Source of the DNA: Longimicrobiales bacterium | GTDB taxonomy: Bacteria > Gemmatimonadota > Gemmatimonadetes > Longimicrobiales > Gaopeijiaceae | DNA: 64,000 nt | Direction: 5' to 3' | NCBI GenBank assembly: GCA_965202805.1 | Contig: OZ241869.1 | Coordinates: 1,600,001 to 1,664,000, forward strand | Part shown: one piece after another, positions 28,332 through 38,086 of the stretch | Position numbering within the stretch: the first letter of the stretch is position 1 | Layout of the letters: every line of letters begins with the position of its first letter | Program-made: the position numbers and the translations under genes | The notes under the pieces: generated by a model | What the model was told of the DNA's origin: nothing | Database searches by the model: none | The model's input: only the letters and a program-made list of their open reading frames with translations

Positions 28332-30812
28332 CTATTCTCTCTCTACGCCTTCCGCCGTCGCAGCGCCGATGTCCTGCCTGCTGCGGAAGGCGTCGCTCGC
28401 CACGACGCCCAGGATGAAGGACGAGATTCTGTAGTCGTTGGCTTCGGCCTCGCGCGCGATCGCCCGGATGGTCGGCCCGTCGTAGTACTCCACGCGGCGC
28501 CCGAGGGCGTACGCCAGCAGGTTCATGGTGAAGGTGCGCACCAGCGGAATCGGGCGCTCCAGGAGCGCGTCCGCGAGCTGAACCGAGTTGGTGAGCTGGG
28601 TACCGTCGTAGAGCTGGCCCCGGGCGTCGAGAGGGGATCCGCTCTCGCGAATCCGCCATTCCCCGGTCACGCCGAAGTTCTCCAGCGCCACCCCGATGGG
28701 GTCCATGAACTGATGGCAGGCGGCGCACACCGGGTTCCGCCGATGGATCTCCAGGCGCTCGCGCGTGGTGAGCAGCCGCCCCTCCCCTTCGTCCTCGGTC
28801 TCCTCGAGAGCGGGCACGTCGGGCGGAGGCGGCGGAGGCGGCGCGTCCAGCAGCACCTCCATCACCCATTTGCCGCGCAGCACCGGCGACGTCCGCGTGC
28901 CCATCGACGTGGACATCAGCACGCTGCCGTGCCCCAGCAGCCCCTGGCGCAGCATCCCCTCGGGGTATTCCACGCGCCGGAAGCCTTCCCCGACCACGCC
29001 CTGGATGCCGTAGTGCTCCGCCAGGCGCTGGTTCATGAAGCTGTAGTCGGCGCCGTAGAGCTCGAGCAGGCTCCGGTCCTCCCGGACCAGATGATCGAAG
29101 AACAGCTCGGTCTCGCGCCTCATGGCGGCCTTGAGCTGCTCGTTGAAGTGCGGGAACCAGAAGGCGTCCGGCTGCACCCTCTCGAGATCCTGGAGCCTCA
29201 GCCACTGCGTGCCGAAGCGGGTGGCCAGGCTCTCGGAGCGCGGGTCGGCCAGCATGCGGCGGACCTGCTGCTCCAGGACGCGGGGGTTCGAGAGCCGGTC
29301 GCGGCTCGCGAGCGAAACCAGTTCGTCGTCCGGCTGCGTTCCCCAGAGGAAGTAGGACAGCCGGGAGGCGAGGGCGAGGTCGCTGACCCGGTAGCTGCCG
29401 CCCGCCTCCGGCGCGTTCTCCGGGGCTTCCTCGATTCTGAACACGAAGTGCGGGCTGGCCAGGATGGCCTCGAGGACCGTGCGCACACCCGTCTCGAACC
29501 CCCCTTCGGCGGCCCCGACGTCGTAGAACGACATCAGACCGACGAGATCGGAGTCGGCGAGCGGCCGGCGATAGGCCTGCCGGGCAAGCCTGGCGGCGAT
29601 CTCGCGGGCACAGGGTCGTTCGGCCTCCGGCGAGGTGGGCCGGCAGGTGAAGACCCGCTGCCGGCTCGGCGTGTCGGAGACGCCCTGTGGATCCAGCGGC
29701 CCGCGGATGGTCAGGTCTCGCAGGTGGGTCAGAACGACGAAGCCGGTCCCGATGCGGAAGCGGACCCCGGCGTTGGACCAGCCGAAGGGCTCCTGCAGGT
29801 CGGCATAGGGCCCGTCCTGCTTCCTGATGAACGCCGCCGCGACCCGATGCTGGCCCGCGCTTACGAAGACGGGGTCGGTGAACTGGTTCCAGTTCGGGCC
29901 CAGGTCCGCGTCCCGGCGCAGTTCCTCCACCGGAAGCAGGGCGACACGCTCCCCGTCGATGGAGATGTCCATTTCCGCGAAGCGCTCATGGTCGCCCGCC
30001 CAGAAGGACATCTCGAAGACGTACTCGCCGTCGGCGGGGAAATGGTGGTCGACCACGATGCCGCCGCGGGTGCCGTAAGGGGCGCCCTCCACATGGTCCC
30101 ACTCGTGCTGGGACTGGTACGTCGAGACGAGATAGGTCTTGGAGTCCGAGGTCGCGCCGGGGTGCCCCAGCACCAGGCGGCTGACGTCGTTGGCGGCATT
30201 CAGATACGAGTTGAGAAGCGTGGGCGAGAGGGGCTGCGAGACCGCCATGTGGTCGAAGTTCCCGAGATAGAGATCCGGGGGAAGCCACTGGCTGGCGTCG
30301 ACGGCTATGCCGAAAAGGTCCTCGACGGCCTTTTCGTACTCGGCCCGGTTGAGCCGCTGGAAGCTGCGGTCGCCCGGGTTGGGGTTGGCGGCCGCGTAGT
30401 CGTCGATCGTCCGCTCGAGGGTCTCGACGAGCGCGAGCAGCGTGTCTCCCGCCGGACGGGGAATGCCGGGCGGCGGCATCATCCCCGTGCGCAGCTTGGC
30501 GATCATCCGTTCCGCCGTCTCCCAGTCGTCCCAGGGGGCGCCCACGTCGAAGCCCTGGACCGACATGTTTCCGGTCATCATGGCGTCGTTGTGACAGACC
30601 TGGCAGTACTGGCGGAGGACGGCGTTGAGCGCTTCGGACGGGGGAGCGTTGCGAAGGGCGGCCGGCTTGCCTGCCACGTCCGGACCCAGGCTCGTCGAGA
30701 GCGCCGTGGCGGGATGCCGGACCGAAGAGTGGGACGCCGGCGCGCGCCCTCCCTCATGGCCCACGAACAGGGCCAGACCCAGGAGCGAGATTCCTGGAAG
30801 GAAAGCTCTCAC
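28332..30812 (-). CDS. DUF1592/1587/1588/1585/1595 protein with c-type cytochrome motifs
   Basis: CQVCH and CAACH heme motifs; RLNRAEY, LASRLSYFLW, TSPVLRGKWV, DPIGVALENF; GGAGG RBS before GTG. Confidence 0.88.
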   Translation of the reverse strand: MRAFLPGISLLGLALFVGHEGGRAPASHSSVRHPATALSTSLGPDVAGKPAALRNAPPSEALNAVLRQYCQVCHNDAMMTGNMSVQGFDVGAPWDDWETAERMIAKLRTGMMPPPGIPRPAGDTLLALVETLERTIDDYAAANPNPGDRSFQRLNRAEYEKAVEDLFGIAVDASQWLPPDLYLGNFDHMAVSQPLSPTLLNSYLNAANDVSRLVLGHPGATSDSKTYLVSTYQSQHEWDHVEGAPYGTRGGIVVDHHFPADGEYVFEMSFWAGDHERFAEMDISIDGERVALLPVEELRRDADLGPNWNQFTDPVFVSAGQHRVAAAFIRKQDGPYADLQEPFGWSNAGVRFRIGTGFVVLTHLRDLTIRGPLDPQGVSDTPSRQRVFTCRPTSPEAERPCAREIAARLARQAYRRPLADSDLVGLMSFYDVGAAEGGFETGVRTVLEAILASPHFVFRIEEAPENAPEAGGSYRVSDLALASRLSYFLWGTQPDDELVSLASRDRLSNPRVLEQQVRRMLADPRSESLATRFGTQWLRLQDLERVQPDAFWFPHFNEQLKAAMRRETELFFDHLVREDRSLLELYGADYSFMNQRLAEHYGIQGVVGEGFRRVEYPEGMLRQGLLGHGSVLMSTSMGTRTSPVLRGKWVMEVLLDAPPPPPPPDVPALEETEDEGEGRLLTTRERLEIHRRNPVCAACHQFMDPIGVALENFGVTGEWRIRESGSPLDARGQLYDGTQLTNSVQLADALLERPIPLVRTFTMNLLAYALGRRVEYYDGPTIRAIAREAEANDYRISSFILGVVASDAFRSRQDIGAATAEGVERE

Positions 30813-30892
30813 GAACACCTCCGCCTGCAGACGGTTGCGCGGGACGCGCGGGCACTGCCGGGGCACACGGCGCCCAAGCATAGCACCGCGTC

Positions 30893-30969
30893 AAGGTATG
30901 CTCCGAGGCTTCCCGCTGGCAAGCGCTGTGCTCCCGCGGTTTATGCGCTCCCGCGCTGTGCTCCCGCGG
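30893..30969 (-). promoter_or_regulatory. Candidate sigma70 promoter with three upstream 12-bp direct repeats
   Basis: Minus strand TTGCCA (30922-30917), 18 nt, TACCTT (30898-30893); tgYgctcccgcg at 30927, 30944 and 30957. Confidence 0.4.
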
Positions 30970-30980
30970 CGTCCCCGACC

Positions 30981-32135
30981 CTACATGCCGGCCGCCGCCA
31001 CGTACCTGGTGAAGGCTGAGCCCGCGTCGAAGAGCGAGGCCGGTCCTTCGGCCACGTAGACGTTGGAGTCCGCGTCCACCGCCACGCCTTCCCCCGCCAC
31101 GCCGTGATTCGGTCGGCTATCGGAGTCCCAGCCCGGAATGAAGCCCACGAGGGCGTCCCGGTCGACCGGCCCGATCCGGACCCCGTTCCTCCAGTTGATG
31201 TGCCGGAGACGGTTGGACTCGGAGTCGATGGCGTACACCATCTGGTCCTCGGTAATGAAGACGTCGCTGATGCGGCCATATTGATAACGCGACTCCAGGT
31301 AGTTCCCGTTCTGGTCATAGATTTCGAGGCGGTGGTTGCCCCGGTCCGCGACCCAGAGTCGACCCTGACCATCGAATGCCAGGGCGTGAGGGGTACGGAA
31401 CTGTCCGTGCTCCGTGCCGATCTCCCCCCACTCCATCAGGTAGTCGCCCTCCGGCGAAAACTTGACGATTCGGGCCGTCAGCCCGGCGTCCCGCGCCACC
31501 TCCATCTGTGCGTCGGTGGTCAGTCCCTGACCAGCGTGACCATCCGCGACGAAGATACTGCCGTCGGACCCGACGATGACGTCCGTGGGCTGGTTGAGTT
31601 GGCCTGGAGCGTCTCCGGGCTGCCCCGCGACGCCCAGGCTCATGAGCAGTTCTCCGGTCTGGGTGAACTTGTGCACCTGGTGACCCTTGGTGCCCGCCTC
31701 GTTTCCGGCGAAGTCGGTCACCCAGACGTTCCCGTCCTCGTCAACGTCGATGCCGTGCGGGGTGACGAAGATTCCCGCACCGAAGTTGGCGAGGATCTCT
31801 CCCGTGTTCCTGTCGAACTTGAAGATGGGGTCCACCGGGTTGTTGTCGCAGTTGATCCCGGGTCCTCCCGCGGAGCCCGCCGCACAGCGCTCATACCCCC
31901 AGACGTGCCCGTCCGTCGGGTCGATGTCCACGCCCGCGGTGGATCCCCATTGCCGTCCCTCGGGGAGCGTCGCCCAGCTGCCGATGCGCGTCGGGTTCGG
32001 ATTGGATAGCCCCTCGCCCGTGATCGGATTAGCTCCTTCGGCGGCCATCGTCGCCAGTGGCCCGGACTCCGTGGCGCATCCGGTGAGAAGTCCCGCACCC
32101 GCGAGCGCGAACAATGAGAGTCGAAACCCTGACAT
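30981..32135 (-). CDS. NHL-repeat lipoprotein (peptidyl-alpha-hydroxyglycine lyase-like)
   Basis: LTGC lipobox; repeats PHGIDVD, QPTDVIV, TPHALAFD, ADRGNHR. Confidence 0.85.
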   Translation of the reverse strand: MSGFRLSLFALAGAGLLTGCATESGPLATMAAEGANPITGEGLSNPNPTRIGSWATLPEGRQWGSTAGVDIDPTDGHVWGYERCAAGSAGGPGINCDNNPVDPIFKFDRNTGEILANFGAGIFVTPHGIDVDEDGNVWVTDFAGNEAGTKGHQVHKFTQTGELLMSLGVAGQPGDAPGQLNQPTDVIVGSDGSIFVADGHAGQGLTTDAQMEVARDAGLTARIVKFSPEGDYLMEWGEIGTEHGQFRTPHALAFDGQGRLWVADRGNHRLEIYDQNGNYLESRYQYGRISDVFITEDQMVYAIDSESNRLRHINWRNGVRIGPVDRDALVGFIPGWDSDSRPNHGVAGEGVAVDADSNVYVAEGPASLFDAGSAFTRYVAAAGM

Positions 32136-32234
32136 GACTGCCTCCTTGCGAGTCTCGTTTTCGCCGCGGGACCCCGTCCTTTGAGCCATGGGTCCGTGAA
32201 TCACGCGGGCGCCTTGTGGTTGCCGCCCGTGCTC

Positions 32235-34019
32235 CTACCGGGGAATCACCGGCAGCGTGATGTGCGACGGATAGCGGGCGTTGTGGTAGATCGTCTGACT
32301 GGCCGACTGCACTTCGGTCTCGAGGTGGATCGGGCCGCCGGTGTTCGGGTTGCGGTCGTACTTCGGGAAGTTGCTGCTCGAGATCTCCACCCGGATCCGG
32401 TGGCCTTCGCGGAAGAGGTTGCTGGTCGCCCACAGGTCGATGTTGAACTCGTACACCGTCCCCGGTTCCAGCAGCTCGAAGTCCGTGAAGTCCGGGTTGT
32501 TGTGATACCGTCCCCGCAGGATGCCGTCCGCGATGTTGATCTCCTTTCCGTCCGGGTGGACGTCAACCAGCATGGCGGTGAAGTCGGTGTCGGTCGCGGA
32601 AGTCGATGCGTACAGGGTGGCCGTGATCGGGCCGGTGACCTCCACCGCCTGCTCCAGGGGCGGCGTGGTGAACACCAGGATGTCGTCGCGCTCCGCGATG
32701 TCCGCCCGGTCGAAGGGGCCGGGGGGCGTGGGCCCGAACATGAGGTTGCCGCCTCGGGTGGGAACCGGGTTCATCGGGTCGAAGACGAACTCGTCAACCG
32801 GGTCGGACGCGCCGGGCATCTCCATGCTCAGGCTGCCGTCGCCGGCGGAGCCGTTCGCGTTGCCCCCGCTGTGGAAGTAGTAGTTCGTGTACTGCGTGCG
32901 GGCGATCGGCCACTCGTTCTCGGAGCGCCAGACGTTCTCGCCCATGATGAAGATCCGCACCGGCGGCTCGTCCAGATAGCCGTTGTCCGCTCCCTTGAGC
33001 AGGGCATCGAACCACTTCACGTGCAGGCTGTCGAAGTCGACGGTGGCGTCGGGCCCGAAATCGATGCCGTCGTAGACGAAGTTCGGCACGCTGGCGTGGG
33101 GCCATGGACCGATGAGCAGCTTCTGGTTCTCCCGCGCGTACTCGGTGTGGCCCTTCTCCACCATGCCCGTGTAGCTGACCAGGGTGCCGTCCAGGAAGAC
33201 GTCGTACCACCCGCCGATATTGAGGGAGGCCGCCGCGAACTCGTCCAGGCGGGCTTCCGAGTCGAGCACCTCCCAGTAGGCGTCGTAGGTCGGGTGCATC
33301 ACGAAATCGCGCCACCAGGGATTGTCCTGGCCCGTGGCCGCGCCCATCTCAAGGAGCGGCATGGTCCAGAGCACCTGGTCCCAGTCGGGGTTGCCCGCCT
33401 GGCCGGTGCGCCCGCCCATCCCCGACGCCCAGCCGATGCGGGAGCCCAGCGCGAGCGCCCCACCCGGATACGCTGTGTCGAAGTAGTAGTTGAACGGGGT
33501 CACCCTGGGGGCCATCGCCTTCAGATAGGGGGACCTGAACTCGGCGCCCTTCCACTGCGTGGTGGCGAGGTAGGAGTTGCCGTGGGTGCCAACCTGCCCG
33601 TCGGACCACTCCTGCCGGCCGATCCAGTTCTGGGTGTCGTGGCTGTCGTTGGCTTCCGCCAGGTAGGGATACCAGCTCCCCTCGGAGTCGAAGCGGCCGC
33701 GCACGTTCTGGTGGACGTACACATATCCGCGCTCCGCCCAGAGAAGCCCCTCCTCCCAGGAGGCCGCGTCGGACCCGTTGTCGTAGGGGTCCCGGATCAG
33801 CAGCGCGGGATGGCGCCCCGGCGCGGCCGGGCGATACACGTCCGTCGAGAGGAGCGTGCCGTCCCGCATGGGCACCATGAGATTGTGGTGTACGATCGCG
33901 GACTCCCCGGCCCGGAACTCTCCCGAGTGGAGTTCCTGTGCCTCGAGCGGCGGCGTGTATGCGGCAAGCATCAGGGCGATGCCGGTTGCAACGATTCGGG
34001 TGACGGTGCGCGACTCCAT
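32235..34019 (-). CDS. CocE/NonD family serine hydrolase, secreted
   Basis: VPMRDG, RGRFDSEG, GNSY nucleophile, GGWYD, IGPWPH, ISSSNFP. Confidence 0.92.
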   Translation of the reverse strand: MESRTVTRIVATGIALMLAAYTPPLEAQELHSGEFRAGESAIVHHNLMVPMRDGTLLSTDVYRPAAPGRHPALLIRDPYDNGSDAASWEEGLLWAERGYVYVHQNVRGRFDSEGSWYPYLAEANDSHDTQNWIGRQEWSDGQVGTHGNSYLATTQWKGAEFRSPYLKAMAPRVTPFNYYFDTAYPGGALALGSRIGWASGMGGRTGQAGNPDWDQVLWTMPLLEMGAATGQDNPWWRDFVMHPTYDAYWEVLDSEARLDEFAAASLNIGGWYDVFLDGTLVSYTGMVEKGHTEYARENQKLLIGPWPHASVPNFVYDGIDFGPDATVDFDSLHVKWFDALLKGADNGYLDEPPVRIFIMGENVWRSENEWPIARTQYTNYYFHSGGNANGSAGDGSLSMEMPGASDPVDEFVFDPMNPVPTRGGNLMFGPTPPGPFDRADIAERDDILVFTTPPLEQAVEVTGPITATLYASTSATDTDFTAMLVDVHPDGKEINIADGILRGRYHNNPDFTDFELLEPGTVYEFNIDLWATSNLFREGHRIRVEISSSNFPKYDRNPNTGGPIHLETEVQSASQTIYHNARYPSHITLPVIPR

Positions 34020-34112
34020 GAAGATCTCCTTAGAGGTTGGTGTTCCGGCCCCACTGATCGACGAACGCATGTCTGCGGATGCCGGTCCCGGGCGGCCCCG
34101 AGCCGGCGAACA

Positions 34113-34988
34113 TCAGCTTCCGTCCGTTTCCCCGGTCGCCTCGTGGATGGCGGCCACGGTGAGATCGGCGATCCAGTCCACGAGCTCGCTTCCGAGGGCC
34201 AGGGTGCGGGGTATGGGCGCCAGGTCGACGCCGTTGATGGAGAAGTGTCCCGCGCGGATGCGCTGCTCCATGCGAACGGTGGTGGGATCGGTGAGCATCA
34301 TGATGGAGGTGGCGCTGAACTCGTCGTGCAGGCCGGGGTCCTGCATGACCTCGTTGATGCCCCTGTCGCGCAGCCACTCCTGGCGCTGCACCCAGTTGTA
34401 GTATTCGGGCACGTGGTGGACGCTGGTCTTTCCGTCGGTCCACTTCGCCGAGAGCGCTTCCGCGACTTCCATTTGCGGCTGCTGGTTGCCTCCGCTGTCG
34501 CCGATCAGGACGATGTGGCTGAACCCGTTGGCCCGCAGGGCGGTCGAAACGTCGGTGAGCACGGCCTTGAAGGTCTCGACCCTGACCCCGATGGTGCCCG
34601 GATAGCGGATCGTGCCGGGTTCCAGGTCGATCTCCCCCTCGGGCACGTACTTGATGATCGGGGCGATCAGCGCGTTCCCCAGCTTGCGCGCAACCGCCTC
34701 CGCCGTCTGCTGCAGGATGTAGTTGTGCTTGCCGCCCGCGAGGTAGGGGCCGTTTTCCTCCACCCCGCCGGTGGGCACGATGACCGTGGTCTTTCCGGAG
34801 CGGATCGCGTCGCGCACCTCCATGAAGGTGAGTTCCTCGATCCAGACCGACTCGAGCGCGTCGATGGGACGCGGCGTGTCGGGATCGATCGGGTTTCCTC
34901 CGCTCCCGGGTCGAGGCGCCTGCTGGGCCGCGAGCGCGATGGGCGCAGAGATCAGGGCGAGGACGAACAGCTTCGCGAACCGGGCCAT
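34113..34988 (-). CDS. Creatininase family protein, secreted
   Basis: Signal peptide; EELTFMEVRD, PTGGVEENGP, IGDSGGN, HDE. Confidence 0.85.
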   Translation of the reverse strand: MARFAKLFVLALISAPIALAAQQAPRPGSGGNPIDPDTPRPIDALESVWIEELTFMEVRDAIRSGKTTVIVPTGGVEENGPYLAGGKHNYILQQTAEAVARKLGNALIAPIIKYVPEGEIDLEPGTIRYPGTIGVRVETFKAVLTDVSTALRANGFSHIVLIGDSGGNQQPQMEVAEALSAKWTDGKTSVHHVPEYYNWVQRQEWLRDRGINEVMQDPGLHDEFSATSIMMLTDPTTVRMEQRIRAGHFSINGVDLAPIPRTLALGSELVDWIADLTVAAIHEATGETDGS

Positions 34989-35176
34989 CAATGCCTCCGG
35001 GATTGCGGGACGGCGGTCGGAAAACGACCGGGACACATGCATCGGCACCCTAACCGACGACCCGATGCCACGCAAGCGATTTTCCCGGCTCGCGGTCCGC
35101 CATCGCAGCCGGTGGAATAAGTCCGCGCGAGCGCGCAGATGCGGCGAAGTGCCGGGAGAGGTCCGTCGGCGAGCTG

Positions 35177-36316
35177 CTAACCCGACCGCCGGTGCCAGGC
35201 CGCAAGCACCTCGGCTTCGCGCTCGGGCGTCAGCCCCGCCCGCATGGTCGCGCGATCCTCCTCGGCAAGCCCCTTCCACCACTCCAGCGTCTCTCCCGCG
35301 CTCACCGCCAACGGCCTGTAGCGCAGGCCGGCGGCGATGGCGGCATCGCGGCTCATGCGCGCGAAGCCCGTGGTTGGTCCCACAGGTGGCTGCCAGACCG
35401 GAAGATCGCTCCACGGCCGGACCCCGTGCTCCTGGAGGAAGTCGTAGGACACGAACGTCAGGGTGGAGGGCGTCGAGGTCGCGGCCTTCAAGCCGTAGAG
35501 GAACTCCGCCATGTGCAGATCCCCCTCCGGCCCGATCACGTTGTAGACCCCTCTCGTCTCCTGCTCCAGCAGATGCACCATGAACTCGGCCAGGTCGCGC
35601 ACGTCGATGTACTGGACGGGATCCATGTGGGTGTTGGGGGCGAGCACCTCTCCCCCCCGGTCCATGCGCGCGCACCAGTACGTAAAGCGGTCGCTGCGGT
35701 CTCCCGGACCTGCGACCAGCCCGGGGCGTACGATCGTGCAGCGATCACCGAAGGCGGCCTGCAGTTCCTGCTCCGCCAGCGCCTTCATCGGCCCGTAGCC
35801 TTCCCACTCCTCCATGGGCAGGTCCGCCTGTCCTACCGCGGCGGATTCGTCGATCCCGACCTCCACCCTGGACATGTAGGCGGCCTGGGTGGAAATGAAG
35901 ACGTACTGATCGGTCCGATCCACGAGCAGGCGGGCCGTGGCGCGAACCTGGTCGGGCGTGTAGCCGGAGTTGTCGATGACAACGTCCCAGCTGCGGTCTC
36001 CCTCAAGGGACGACAGGTCGCCGTCGCGGTCGCCGATCAGGTTCTCGAGCCCGGTGAACTGGTCCTGGAACATGCGCGGCTGGCTGCGTCCGCGATTGAA
36101 CAGGGTGAGCTCGTGGCCGCGTGACAGGATGCGGTTGACCTGCCAGGGACCGATGAACCCGGTGCCCCCGAGAAGGAGGATGCGGGAAGCCCTGCGCGGC
36201 AGCCTGACCGCTTCGGCCCCATGCCCGTTCAGCGAGGCCGGGTATCCGAGCCCGAGGCCCAGCCCGCCGCCCGCGAGCGCCGACATCTTGAGGAAGTCGC
36301 GTCGATTCGTCGTCAT
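35177..36316 (-). CDS. Tat-exported NAD-dependent epimerase/dehydratase (extended SDR)
   Basis: NRRDFLK Tat motif; LGGTGFIG, FNRG, YGPMK, DRFTYW. Confidence 0.88.
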   Translation of the reverse strand: MTTNRRDFLKMSALAGGGLGLGLGYPASLNGHGAEAVRLPRRASRILLLGGTGFIGPWQVNRILSRGHELTLFNRGRSQPRMFQDQFTGLENLIGDRDGDLSSLEGDRSWDVVIDNSGYTPDQVRATARLLVDRTDQYVFISTQAAYMSRVEVGIDESAAVGQADLPMEEWEGYGPMKALAEQELQAAFGDRCTIVRPGLVAGPGDRSDRFTYWCARMDRGGEVLAPNTHMDPVQYIDVRDLAEFMVHLLEQETRGVYNVIGPEGDLHMAEFLYGLKAATSTPSTLTFVSYDFLQEHGVRPWSDLPVWQPPVGPTTGFARMSRDAAIAAGLRYRPLAVSAGETLEWWKGLAEEDRATMRAGLTPEREAEVLAAWHRRSG

Positions 36317-36387
36317 TTCCCTCATCTCCCGTGTGAGGGTACGTGTGGTGCGAGACCCGCCGGCGCTTCGTCCGACGGCCCCCGCTC

Positions 36388-37800
36388 TTAATCCGTGGCC
36401 GGGCGCCGCGCGCCCCGGCCGTCCTGCTTGTAGACCACGCCATCCTTCATGACGAAGTCGATGTCCTGCAGCAGATCGATGTCCTCCAGTGGATCTCCCC
36501 GCACGGCCACCAGATCCGCGAGCTTGCCGGCCTCCACGCTGCCCAGCTCATCCGTGCGATGCAACACGATCGCCGCCTCGCGGGTAGCGGCCAGGATCGC
36601 GTCCGCAGGCGACATTCCCGCGTCGACCAGAAGGCGGAACTCCCCGGCGTTCTCGCCGTGCGGGAAAACGCCCGCGTCGGTGCCGAAGCCGATCTTCACG
36701 CCCTCCCGCATCGCCAGCCGAATGGATTCGCGGAAGTAGGGATAGATCTCGAGAGCCTTCCGGCCCGGCCACCCGCCGAGCGTGCCCACCAGCGCCCGCT
36801 CGCGAACATCCTCGAAGGCCATCATGGTCGGCACCAGGTAGGTGCCGTGTTCGGCCATCAGCCGGACGGTCTCGTCGTCGAGCATGGACCCGTGCTCGAT
36901 GGAGGTGACTCCCGCGCGGACGGCGGCCTTGATTCCCTCCAAGCCGTGGGCGTGGGCGGCCACGGTACGCTCGGCCATGTTGGCGGTCTGCACCAGGACG
37001 ACCATCTCCTCCTCGGTATACTGCTGCACGCCCACCGCGTCCCCCTCCGAGAGCACCCCGCCCGTAGCGCAGAACTTGATGACGTCGGCGCCATACTTGA
37101 TCTGGTAGTTCACGGCCTCGCGCACGCGCTCGATGCCCTGCGCGATGCCGTCCTCGATCCCGGGTTCCTCGAAGATGTCCGGGCGATAGCCGTTGCTGTC
37201 GCAGTGTCCCCCCGTGATGCCGAGCGAGTGCACGGCCGTAAACATGCGGGGACCCGGCACCATGCCCGCGTTGATGGCTTCGCGCAGCGCCACGTCGGCG
37301 AAGTCGTCGCTGCCGACGTTGCGGATGGTGGTGAAGCCCGCCTCAAGCGTGATTCTGGCGTTCATGACGCCGGCGATGGCCAGGTGTCCGGGCCATCGAC
37401 GCAGGCTGCTGCCTCCAGCCCCGGGGTCGCTGGTGATGTGTGTGTGCAGGTCGATGAAGCCGGGCATCACGGTGTGATCGGAAAGGTCTATGCGGGTCGC
37501 GCCCGCCGGCACGGGGATGTCGGCGCCGACCGCTTCCAGCCGGGTGCCGCGCACGAGAATGGTGACGTCTTCGCGCACGCCGCCGTCCACTCCATCGATG
37601 AGGCGTCCGGCCACGATGGCGGTCACCTCGGTGCTGTCGGGCAGGGTGACGCGCTGGGCGTCGAGGCCGGAGGCGATCACGGCCCAGGAGACCGTCGACA
37701 GCAGGAGGAATCGCGCTCGCGCCCGAGTCGCGCCGGGCCGCTCCCGCGGATGGCCCTTCCGGATCGCCGTCGCCATGGCAGGCCATCGTCCGCGCTTCAT
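36388..37800 (-). CDS. Amidohydrolase family protein (Xaa-Pro dipeptidase-like)
   Basis: PGFIDLHTH, GGHCD, GADVIK, AAHAHG, SIEHG, GTDAG; GAGGAG RBS. Confidence 0.9.
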   Translation of the reverse strand: MKRGRWPAMATAIRKGHPRERPGATRARARFLLLSTVSWAVIASGLDAQRVTLPDSTEVTAIVAGRLIDGVDGGVREDVTILVRGTRLEAVGADIPVPAGATRIDLSDHTVMPGFIDLHTHITSDPGAGGSSLRRWPGHLAIAGVMNARITLEAGFTTIRNVGSDDFADVALREAINAGMVPGPRMFTAVHSLGITGGHCDSNGYRPDIFEEPGIEDGIAQGIERVREAVNYQIKYGADVIKFCATGGVLSEGDAVGVQQYTEEEMVVLVQTANMAERTVAAHAHGLEGIKAAVRAGVTSIEHGSMLDDETVRLMAEHGTYLVPTMMAFEDVRERALVGTLGGWPGRKALEIYPYFRESIRLAMREGVKIGFGTDAGVFPHGENAGEFRLLVDAGMSPADAILAATREAAIVLHRTDELGSVEAGKLADLVAVRGDPLEDIDLLQDIDFVMKDGVVYKQDGRGARRPATD

Positions 37801-37995
37801 GCCCTGCCTCCTCGGAAGTCTGTTCGTCCTGCGATTTGCCGGCCACTCCGCAACGTCTGCAATCATTTGTTCCTCACGCCGTCCTTGACGACCATCCGCA
37901 CAGTCGTCCGAGCGTCCACGATAGGGCCGCCGCCTGATTCGCGACACTGCACGCGCGCCCTTCCGCGCTCCCTTGCGCGACCACCCCCGCCCCGT

Positions 37996-38020
37996 TACCG
38001 AATAAATACCGAATATCGGT
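37996..38020 (+). promoter_or_regulatory. Candidate repressor site upstream of the radical SAM gene
   Basis: TACCGAATA twice with 11-bp period (37996, 38007), overlapping near-palindrome ACCGAATATCGGT; AT-rich island in a GC-rich spacer. Confidence 0.4.
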
Positions 38021-38086
38021 TTCCCTGCTCATCCGGAGTCCGTGACAACTTCCCGGCTCCCGAGACCCTGATGGACCAGCCATCCC

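Noticed and set aside
30911..30969. Fragments resembling type I-E CRISPR repeats (gtgctcccgcg, cggtttat)
   Set aside because: No regular repeat-spacer periodicity and no cas genes.
25148..35120. Very long plus-strand ORFs (1089, 1008, 979 aa) and similar ones at 7803, 12735, 49062, 52008 (plus strand) and 44201 (minus strand)
   Set aside because: Antisense shadows of well-supported genes, expected with strong GC codon bias; no recognisable motifs.
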